The translations under genes and the position numbers were made by a program. This document shows, in pieces, positions 1 through 7,085 of a stretch of 64,000 nucleotides of DNA. The stretch is from a virus: positions 1 to 64,000 of IMG/VR virus record IMGVR_UViG_3300020172_000530; one strand, given 5' to 3'. Each line of letters begins with the position of its first letter. Position 1 is the stretch's first letter. The notes below the pieces were generated by a model, which was not told the DNA's origin, did not search any database, and was given only the letters and a program-made list of their open reading frames with translations.

Positions 1-783
1 AAAATACCCTACATTACTAAACACCATATATGCTAAAGCATGTTGAGTAACTACTTTCATGAAATCTTGCTCCATTAATGTAGCAAACGACGCTCTTAAC
101 ACTGGTGATAGTAACGGTAACTTTTGATTGACCATAACCATTGCTTCGGATATCTTAGTTAATAGCTTTCCTCCAGCAATTACTCCTACGCCTGCCATAG
201 GTGATACCGTAGCAACTCCTAGTCCTGCAAATTGAACACCTTTACCCATCCATCCAATAAACTTTCCGATGAATCCCGAAGTTGTTATTATGCCAATTGT
301 AGCTTTGCCTAGTAGTGCCTGTCTATCGTTTTCTGCCCGTATAAGTGCTTCTTCATAAGGCATACCAGCAAACCTATTCGGCGGTTCTGCTGTGAAATTG
401 TTCTTCTTATATTCTTCCCAGTCTACTTCAACTAGCCCTACTGAATTAAAATAATCATTAACATAGTAAGCAACACCGCCAATACTGACTAAAGCGTTAG
501 CCGCACTAGGAATATTTGCTATCCTTTTTTCAGCATACTTTCTAGCAGCAACATCTTTAGCAGCCTTAGTTGCAGCAGCATCAGCTTTGTTCTTTTTAAG
601 AGTATCTCTGTAGTTTTTGCCTGCTTTTGATTTAGGACCTAGACCTTTGTTCGCAGAATTAGGCTTAATCAAGGATTTTCCTTTCTTAAGTGCCCATCTA
701 GCAGCATCGCCTCTCAAACCTTCATTGAAAGATTGCTCTTCATAAGGATAATATTTTTCAGCAATGATATCATAAACTTTCAT
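1..783 (-). CDS. Hypothetical late (probably virion-associated) protein, 3' end outside the window; missing from the ORF track
   Basis: Hand translation from ATG at 783 gives 261 open codons to the window edge (MKVYDIIAEKYYPYEEQSFNEGLRGDAARWALKKG...FSNVGYF); Lys/Ala-rich N-half, Gly-rich hydrophobic C-half; TAAATA 6 nt upstream. Confidence 0.85.
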   Translation of the reverse strand, partial: MKVYDIIAEKYYPYEEQSFNEGLRGDAARWALKKGKSLIKPNSANKGLGPKSKAGKNYRDTLKKNKADAAATKAAKDVAARKYAEKRIANIPSAANALVSIGGVAYYVNDYFNSVGLVEVDWEEYKKNNFTAEPPNRFAGMPYEEALIRAENDRQALLGKATIGIITTSGFIGKFIGWMGKGVQFAGLGVATVSPMAGVGVIAGGKLLTKISEAMVMVNQKLPLLSPVLRASFATLMEQDFMKVVTQHALAYMVFSNVGYF

Positions 784-789
784 AATTCA

Positions 790-795
790 TATTTA
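790..795 (-). promoter_or_regulatory. Late promoter -10 element (TAAATA)
   Basis: Minus strand taaTAAATAtgaattATG; same core as the T4 late promoter TATAAATA and other late genes here. Confidence 0.65.
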
Positions 796-797
796 TT

Positions 798-819
798 AAA
801 AGATGAACTGAGTTCATCT
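798..819 (-). terminator. Perfect 9-1-9 inverted repeat; possible terminator of the minus-strand operon or an operator
   Basis: AGATGAACT-G-AGTTCATCT at 801-819; on the minus strand the stem runs into a short U tract. Confidence 0.45.
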
Positions 820-859
820 GCTCTTCGCTTGAGCTCGAGCTTTTCTTTATATTAATTAT

Positions 860-1239
860 AATTAGTGCGAAGCACTTAAGATATTATCTAGATTGTTCAG
901 TCACATTTTGCCCAGAGCGGGCAAAGAGTAGGACATTATCTGAGTTGAACATTGTCACTTAGCGTTACAGCATTGCAGAGGCGGTCGTCCGGTACCTCGA
1001 GCTGCGTCTTTATACGACGGCGGTATGTAAATTTACGCTAACAAACGTACATACGTAGGGTATTTCTCCCTTCCTTAGCCTTTTTTATTCTTGTTCAGAC
1101 AGCAAAATGAGTTGTATGAAGGCATATCTCATCGTCATCCTTTCGGGTAGTTGCTGAATACTCTTTAACGGCGAAGAGACTTCCATCCCTGCGATCTGAG
1201 ATCCAGGTATAGGGCGCACGAACTTGGCTTGCGCTGGCC
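860..1239 (-). ncRNA. Candidate large structured non-coding RNA of unknown family
   Basis: ORF-free, about 47% GC by hand count (901-1240), about 10 stems, G-U wobbles and a GAAA tetraloop favour the minus strand, and a loop-to-downstream pseudoknot (1036-1041 with 959-964). Confidence 0.65.
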
Positions 1240-1680
1240 TTAACCGTTTAACTGTTTGCCTTTGATGTGAGATCCGTGGACACGAACACTGATCTGACCA
1301 TTATAATAATCGTCTGATTCTAGTACTCGCCTTGTGAATTGCTCTCTTGCCTCTATGTAACTACACTCTGCTTTTGATTTGCAGTAGTAGAGTATCTCTC
1401 TGTGGAAGTTGTCTGTGCCTAATTGTGCTACGTCTTTGGTGAGTTCGTCGGATGATCCGTAGTATTCTTGCCAGTCTGAGTCTATTTTTGACTTGATGCG
1501 TTTCTTTTTCTTTGTACCGTTCTTAAGTTTAACTACTTTGTAGGTTGTTTTTGAGAATTTTGCTAGTTTTTTGCCTATATACATGCGCCCTGTGTCTGTG
1601 TTAGTGATAAGATATACAAATCCTATACAGTCTTCGGGCAATTGTTCGACGAGTTGATTTTGATAATACCACGACATCAA
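1240..1680 (-). CDS. Stand-alone GIY-YIG family endonuclease
   Basis: GFVYLITN...MYIGKK, YYGSS, REIL...E and YYN motifs; no C-terminal DNA-binding domain. Confidence 0.85.
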   Translation of the reverse strand: MMSWYYQNQLVEQLPEDCIGFVYLITNTDTGRMYIGKKLAKFSKTTYKVVKLKNGTKKKKRIKSKIDSDWQEYYGSSDELTKDVAQLGTDNFHREILYYCKSKAECSYIEAREQFTRRVLESDDYYNGQISVRVHGSHIKGKQLNG

Positions 1681-1685
1681 GTTGT

Positions 1686-1925
1686 TTATGCCTTGTCATC
1701 GTCCTTGGCCTTTAAAAGTGATTCTCTATATTTTGGTGATTTAATTGGTGGTTTTTTGTGCCTGACTTCTTGTATCTCTGCTCTACGCTCACGTGCTATA
1801 ATACGTATTTCCGCTAGTAAATTGCGACATTTTATGCCAGCAACGTGAGTTTGTCTACTTTCCCACTCTTGATTGTATTTAAAATACTCTCTAAATAGGG
1901 TCATTAGCTGTTCGTGTGTGTCCAT
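1686..1925 (-). CDS. Small basic helical protein, possibly Hc1/histone-H1-like nucleic-acid-binding
   Basis: AGIKCRNLLAEIRIIARERRAEIQ resembles the Hc1 N-terminal AGxRxRxxLxE pattern; overlaps the gp46 stop. Confidence 0.55.
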   Translation of the reverse strand: MDTHEQLMTLFREYFKYNQEWESRQTHVAGIKCRNLLAEIRIIARERRAEIQEVRHKKPPIKSPKYRESLLKAKDDDKA

Positions 1926-3703
1926 TATACTATAATATCTAAGTCTGTACTATAGCTAGTAAAGCCGTTCTCTTTAATAACCTTGAGAACATTGTTTACT
2001 CGCCCAATAAGCTCGTCTTTATGACTGATCAAATAGATATTCTTGTTGCGTTCACGAGCCATTTTCTTTAAAACACTCAGGGCATTCTCCACTCCACTGG
2101 CATCAAGCCCGTTGTCTATAAGTTCATCTACAAATAACAAGTTAATATTCTGGTATAAGCTCTCCCATACATCTCTAAAGGACCAGCTCAGGCCAAGGAT
2201 CAGTCTGTTACGTTCGCCACGACTTAAATTATCAAAGTCTAAGTCTTGACCTAGTTGTGTTATTTCTACATTTAGGTCATTTAGGAATGTAACTTGATGC
2301 GGTAATCCCATCTTATCAAGATAGTAAGTTAGTCTACTATTCAAGTAGCTAAGATTCTGATCAATAATTTTCTTTCTAATAAAACTATCTTTATTGGTTA
2401 ACAATTTTAGAAGAAATTCTTGATGATCTTTTAAACTAGACAGTTCATTTACAAGATTCCAGTTAAGTTCTTGTAGTGCTGTGTTCTGTAATTCTTCAAT
2501 TTGTTCTGTATAAGGATCAATCTCTTGCTGTCGTTTACCTAACGCATCTTCTAGACTGTTTAAATTATTTTGGTGACGTAGTGCTTCACCTAATGTATCA
2601 TAAAAAGTTTGAGGACGCCCATTTATGTCTCCGATTGAATCCAATTCTTGTATGACTATAGCGTAACTGTCGCTTATTCCTTGTAAGAATACATACGCAT
2701 CGTCTAAGTTTTTTTGCGCAACAGTGATCATCTCTTGATGTTTATCTGTATGAAGACCTTGTTCACAAGCTGGACATTTATTATCAGCCAGTTTTTCTAA
2801 TTCTTTTTTATATTTGTTTACAGTTTTATCCGCTTGCATCACAGATGTTTCTAGAGTTGCTTTTTGTTTGTTTAGTGCTTTTATTTTCTCACTTAGCTCA
2901 TTATAAGTTTTTAATTTGGCATGTTGCTCTAATTCTTTTTCTATATCAACTGACTGCAATTCTATTATTTTTTCAGCTAGTTTCAAACAGTCTGCTTCTC
3001 GCTGATTATACCAAGCACCTTTTTTAATTGCTAATCCGTCAATACTTTGTTGTATCTTTTCGTTAGATTTCTTGGCTGCTTCTATATTAGCTGTCTCTTG
3101 TTGTATTTGATCTCTGCTGATCTTAACTTGTTCTTTTAATCCTTCTGCTTTTTCACTTAATAAAGTAATACCCAACAATTGTTCAATAATTTCTCGTTGG
3201 TCATTTGCTCTCATACTAAGAAACGGCTCTGTATAAGTGTTAAGAGCTACAATGTGTTTAAACATGTCATGGCTCATACCTAGTATGTCTGCTAGATCTT
3301 TTTGCGTTTCTCTAACATCACCTTGACTATCGTCTACTTCTGAGTTTTCTTGCTCTATGTCATTGACATAAAATTTTAAGATATTAGGCTTACGTCCTCT
3401 TTCTATACGATAATTTACACTGTCTTTTTCAAAAGCCAGTGTAACAAGCATGTTCTTGTTATTAATTTTATTAATTAAGTTATCTTTTTTAATATTTGTA
3501 AGTGCTTGTCCAAATAATCCGTAACTTAATGCGTTAACTATGGTAGTTTTACCTGTACCATTGCGCGAACCGCTGTCATCGCCGCCCATGTCTAGGTTTT
3601 CCCCTAGTACCAGAGTTAGTTGTTCCCGCTCAAAATCTACTGCTTGAGTCTGATTGCCCACACTCAGAAAATTCTTTACTGTTAATGTTTTTAATCTAAT
3701 CAT
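1925..3703 (-). CDS. gp46: Recombination endonuclease ATPase subunit (T4 gp46 / Rad50 / SbcC-like)
   Basis: Walker A NGTGKTT, coiled coils, zinc hook CPAC, signature LSRGE, Walker B LLFVDE, H-loop ISH. Confidence 0.95.
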   Translation of the reverse strand: MIRLKTLTVKNFLSVGNQTQAVDFEREQLTLVLGENLDMGGDDSGSRNGTGKTTIVNALSYGLFGQALTNIKKDNLINKINNKNMLVTLAFEKDSVNYRIERGRKPNILKFYVNDIEQENSEVDDSQGDVRETQKDLADILGMSHDMFKHIVALNTYTEPFLSMRANDQREIIEQLLGITLLSEKAEGLKEQVKISRDQIQQETANIEAAKKSNEKIQQSIDGLAIKKGAWYNQREADCLKLAEKIIELQSVDIEKELEQHAKLKTYNELSEKIKALNKQKATLETSVMQADKTVNKYKKELEKLADNKCPACEQGLHTDKHQEMITVAQKNLDDAYVFLQGISDSYAIVIQELDSIGDINGRPQTFYDTLGEALRHQNNLNSLEDALGKRQQEIDPYTEQIEELQNTALQELNWNLVNELSSLKDHQEFLLKLLTNKDSFIRKKIIDQNLSYLNSRLTYYLDKMGLPHQVTFLNDLNVEITQLGQDLDFDNLSRGERNRLILGLSWSFRDVWESLYQNINLLFVDELIDNGLDASGVENALSVLKKMARERNKNIYLISHKDELIGRVNNVLKVIKENGFTSYSTDLDIIV

Positions 3704-4710
3704 AAGTTATTGTATATTGAAAGTAAAACTTTTTTATCGTAAGTATCGCTGTCTATATTGACTAGCTGATTAGTTACAATTTGGTCTACACTTTCAAAGT
3801 CTTGTATTTCTAAAGTGCTAATCATCTCTATTTCTTTTTTTTCTGGAATTAGAGTTAGTTCTCTAATAGGATAATCGCCCATGAATTTTTCTTTGATAAA
3901 ATTAGCTTCTTCGTAGCTAATGTCAATGTCTAAGCTTACACGCAGATGTGTTTTAGGCAAGATAATATCACCAGCGCGGTCAATTAACTCGCTTAATTTT
4001 GTGGTTCTGTAAGTAGGTTGTCCAGGCCATGTATGATATGTAGGTTGCCCGCCCCATTCCATAATCATCATACCTCGATCTCCATCCCAATTGTCCGAAT
4101 AATTATGTGGGAAACAATTACCAATATATACCATGTTTCCTTTTTTCTGACGTTTATGAAAATGTCCGCTGAACCCTAGTTCATAATTGACAAAGTGATT
4201 TAATTGTATCTCTCCATGATCGGGCATCTGTACCATAGCGTTCATATAAAAGCTAGGTAATTCAAAATGACCAAACACATATCTTCCGCTTTGTTTAGCT
4301 ATAGTTTTCCATTCATCACCAATAAGCCATGGACATAGTGTGACGTCGTCTATAGTTGTAGGATGATGGATTACTGTAACACCTGGAATGTATTTTCCAA
4401 ACTCCACTGAGTGAATATCTCGTTTATCTTTATAGTACAGATCATGATTGCCAGGAAAAAAGAAAAACTGATCAAAGCTACTACCAAGTTTCTCCAATGC
4501 CCGGAGACTGAAATCCATAGTAGTAATATTAAGACTATTGCGATTGTGATGCCAATCGCCGAGAAAAATTCCAGTATCACAGCCTTCCTCCTTAGCTTTA
4601 GCAATATACCAATCTACAAAGTCTTCACAATCTTGATTATGTGTGTTGCTATTTGATTTTAATCCAAAATGTATGTCTGTTAAACATGCGACTTTTTTAA
4701 ATAGACCCAT
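3700..4710 (-). CDS. gp47: Recombination endonuclease nuclease subunit (T4 gp47 / Mre11 / SbcD-like)
   Basis: Phosphoesterase motifs TDIHFG, LGDWHH, GNHD, GHFE, SGHFH; start moved from 4740 to ATG 4710, which follows an AAGGA SD. Confidence 0.95.
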   Translation of the reverse strand: MGLFKKVACLTDIHFGLKSNSNTHNQDCEDFVDWYIAKAKEEGCDTGIFLGDWHHNRNSLNITTMDFSLRALEKLGSSFDQFFFFPGNHDLYYKDKRDIHSVEFGKYIPGVTVIHHPTTIDDVTLCPWLIGDEWKTIAKQSGRYVFGHFELPSFYMNAMVQMPDHGEIQLNHFVNYELGFSGHFHKRQKKGNMVYIGNCFPHNYSDNWDGDRGMMIMEWGGQPTYHTWPGQPTYRTTKLSELIDRAGDIILPKTHLRVSLDIDISYEEANFIKEKFMGDYPIRELTLIPEKKEIEMISTLEIQDFESVDQIVTNQLVNIDSDTYDKKVLLSIYNNL

Positions 4711-4855
4711 AAAATCCTTGTCCAATAATTTTTTGTACATCTTTCATCATGTCGTCATCCATCTGACAAATCCAAGATTCGTCATCAACCATTCTTGTAA
4801 ACAATAATTTTACTAGATACCCTTCGGGCAATCGCAATGTGATATATTTGCTCAT
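4697..4855 (-). CDS. 52-aa hypothetical protein (not in ORF track)
   Basis: MSKYITLRLPEGYLVKLLFTRMVDDESWICQMDDDMMKDVQKIIGQGFYGSI; ATGA overlap with the sigma gene stop, and its end overlaps the gp47 start. Confidence 0.7.
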   Translation of the reverse strand: MSKYITLRLPEGYLVKLLFTRMVDDESWICQMDDDMMKDVQKIIGQGFYGSI

Positions 4856-5673
4856 TCGTCTGATCCTTCATTTCTTTTTAAGGCAGCAGCATATTCGCCT
4901 TGCCCGGTTCGACTATAACTAGGATTCATTCCGTTAATTTCTAGTAAATCATCTCTAATAACTTGGTTACGCTTTTCAATGTTGATGATTCTAACAAAAC
5001 TATTAGTAACAGCAGCAGTAAAATAAGCAAAGGGATTATCTGATTTTGATTCATCGAATTGTAGTCCTATCTGAGTTAACTGTAAAATTGCTTGTCCCCG
5101 CATTTCGTCGTTGTACGTATAGCCACGAACATTACCTCGGGTAGCATAACGCTCGCAAAGTTTAATATACATGCGAGCTAGTGTATTTGTAATTTGCCCG
5201 TGCTCTTTATTAAACTTACCTTTTTCTAGTCCGCCCTTCCAATGACTTTTTCCTACACAAACAAGTTCATCATTTTCATCAAATTTCCAATGTTGAAAAG
5301 GAGGAAAGTTTACCTTGTCCCGCCCGTCTGCTACAGTCTTTGGATTCTTTTTTCTAGTGGTATTAAGTGGAACATGTTCGAATGTCATGATTCTGAAAAC
5401 TAAATCTGTTTTAGGAATCTTTTTGTAATCAACTTCACATTCGGCTAACTTTACCTTTTCTCCAGCAGTCTTTCGACTTTCGTATGCTTTTACACTAAGT
5501 CTTTTGGCATGCGCTCTCTTAGCTTCTGCTACAGTTCTGATGTTAATCTTGTCAATATTAGGCAAAATTAGATCATACCTGTGATATTCTACTTTGGTAA
5601 ACGAACAGTAGGTATTTTTAGATTTATGTATTTCTTCTAGTAAATCTTTGTTGTTTAAATAATTAACTTTCAT
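4852..5673 (-). CDS. gp55: Late-transcription sigma factor (T4 gp55-like) with a large internal insertion
   Basis: NYLNNKDLL N-terminus and RGYTYNDEM...FDESKSDNPFAYFT...NSFVRII match gp55 motifs; order 55-47-46 as in T4-like phages. Confidence 0.85.
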   Translation of the reverse strand: MKVNYLNNKDLLEEIHKSKNTYCSFTKVEYHRYDLILPNIDKINIRTVAEAKRAHAKRLSVKAYESRKTAGEKVKLAECEVDYKKIPKTDLVFRIMTFEHVPLNTTRKKNPKTVADGRDKVNFPPFQHWKFDENDELVCVGKSHWKGGLEKGKFNKEHGQITNTLARMYIKLCERYATRGNVRGYTYNDEMRGQAILQLTQIGLQFDESKSDNPFAYFTAAVTNSFVRIINIEKRNQVIRDDLLEINGMNPSYSRTGQGEYAAALKRNEGSDE

Positions 5674-5692
5674 TTATAGTCCTTGTTGTAAT

Positions 5693-5721
5693 ATTGTAAA
5701 CTACGCACTTAATTTTGTCAA
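5693..5721 (-). promoter_or_regulatory. Sigma70-type early promoter for the gp55-47-46 operon
   Basis: Minus strand TTGACA (5721-5716), 17 nt, TACAAT (5698-5693), then AGGA SD and ATG at 5673. Confidence 0.85.
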
Positions 5722-5728
5722 CTAAATA
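5702..5728 (+). promoter_or_regulatory. Bipartite late promoter TACGCAC-N14-TAAATA (copy 1)
   Basis: TACGCAC 5702-5708, TAAATA 5723-5728, upstream of the baseplate operon (AAGGA SD, ATG 5748). Confidence 0.8.
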
Positions 5729-5747
5729 ATGAATAAAGGAAACCAAA

Positions 5748-6782
5748 ATGGCAAATTTGTTTGATACACTTAAATCCGGAGCTTCGTCTACTATTAGTAA
5801 CCTAGGAGGGTCTATAGGTTCTAATTTCAACAATACTGGATCGCCTCTAGGTATAGTAGGAAAATTATCAGGTGCTTTGAATAATCTTTCTGATCCTTCA
5901 AAACTATTATCCAATTTACGTAGCCTCAATCTGCCAGTGGGCGGCAATACTACCAACCCTTTAGGTAGTACTGGTGCTACCTGGGGAGGCACTGAAACAG
6001 ATAAAGACTGGCGTGTTAGATTAAGTTTACCAACTATAGGAGTATTTAAAGATAGTTGGGTTTTACAGCCATTGATAAGTGCCGGTGGAATGATTTTTCC
6101 TTATACTCCTTCGGTTAGTATTTCAAGCAGTGCCAATTATGATGAACAATCGTTAGTTCATCAAAACTTTCAATTCATAACTTATCAGAACAGTAAAGTT
6201 GATAAGATTGCTATCACCGCACCTTTTTATGTAGAAGATGCTGTTCAAGCACAGTACTGGTTAGCAGCAGTTCATTATTTTAGATCGGTAACTAAAATGT
6301 TTACAGGATCAGATGCAGGATCAACACAAGGAAATCCTCCTCCGATAGTGTATTTAAACGGGTATGGTGACTTTGTATTTAAAAATATCCCAGTAGTGGT
6401 AACAAGTTTTTCAGTAGACTTAGGCACAGATGTAAACTATATTTCTACCAGTTTAAGAAAAGGTGTAGGAAGACCAGCTGGCTCTCCAGCAGCAGCGCCT
6501 GTCGCACAATCAGGAGGATGGCTAAGTTTAGCAGGAGCAGCATTGCAAGCTGGTGGATTACGAAATGCAGGATCCTTTATAAGCGGATTAGATAATAAAA
6601 ATAAAAGTGGGTCTCCAGCACAATCGCAACAGTCTCAAGCAATGTATGGAGACAGTCATGTTCCTGTAAAAAGTACCTTCCAAATAGGATTACAACCAAT
6701 CTATAGTAGGCAGGCAATTAGAGATTTTAGTTTACAGGCCTTTGTACAAGGTGCGTATGTAGGTAATAAGATAGGATATTAA
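5748..6782 (+). CDS. Baseplate tail-tube cap/initiator-like protein (gp48/gp54-like)
   Basis: DWRVRLS...IFPYTP...PPPIVYLNGYG...IPVVVTSFSV tube-fold pattern; first gene of the baseplate operon. Confidence 0.6.
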   Translation: MANLFDTLKSGASSTISNLGGSIGSNFNNTGSPLGIVGKLSGALNNLSDPSKLLSNLRSLNLPVGGNTTNPLGSTGATWGGTETDKDWRVRLSLPTIGVFKDSWVLQPLISAGGMIFPYTPSVSISSSANYDEQSLVHQNFQFITYQNSKVDKIAITAPFYVEDAVQAQYWLAAVHYFRSVTKMFTGSDAGSTQGNPPPIVYLNGYGDFVFKNIPVVVTSFSVDLGTDVNYISTSLRKGVGRPAGSPAAAPVAQSGGWLSLAGAALQAGGLRNAGSFISGLDNKNKSGSPAQSQQSQAMYGDSHVPVKSTFQIGLQPIYSRQAIRDFSLQAFVQGAYVGNKIGY

Positions 6783-6784
6783 TA

Positions 6785-7084
6785 ATGGCAATTTACAAAA
6801 CTTCTAGTCCTTGGAAAGATACTCCGATTGAAAATAACTACCTTACAATTTTTAAAATACGCCCAGTCAGTTCCGAACCAGATGACTTTTTATATACTAT
6901 CGAACCTCAGTACACCTATAGACCAGATTTATTAGCTTACGATTTGTATGGCGATACTAAATTATGGTGGGTCTTTACACAACGTAACATGGATGTTATA
7001 CAAGATCCTGTTTATGATTTTATTGCCGGAACAAAAATCTACATACCCAAAGGCAACAGTTTAAAAACTATTTTAGGATTATAA
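6785..7084 (+). CDS. gp53: Baseplate wedge protein gp53-like (LysM-like)
   Basis: YRPDLLAYDLYGDTKLWWV motif. Confidence 0.8.
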   Translation: MAIYKTSSPWKDTPIENNYLTIFKIRPVSSEPDDFLYTIEPQYTYRPDLLAYDLYGDTKLWWVFTQRNMDVIQDPVYDFIAGTKIYIPKGNSLKTILGL

Positions 7085-7085
7085 T

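Noticed and set aside
1000-1219. Group II intron (minus strand GTGCGCCC start; ACCGCCGT resembling domain V)
   Set aside because: No complete domain V hairpin or domain VI, no interrupted gene and no RT/maturase.
860-1239. tRNA, tmRNA, RNase P RNA or CRISPR array
   Set aside because: No cloverleaf/T-loop, no RNase P P4 consensus, and only two short repeats with no repeat-spacer periodicity.
860-1680. Group I intron with GIY-YIG homing endonuclease
   Set aside because: No recognisable P7 R/S core sequences, flanking genes are not split exons, and the nuclease lacks homing-type DNA-binding domains.
5663-5992. 109-aa minus-strand ORF across the divergent promoter region
   Set aside because: Antisense shadow of the 5748 gene; runs through both promoters.
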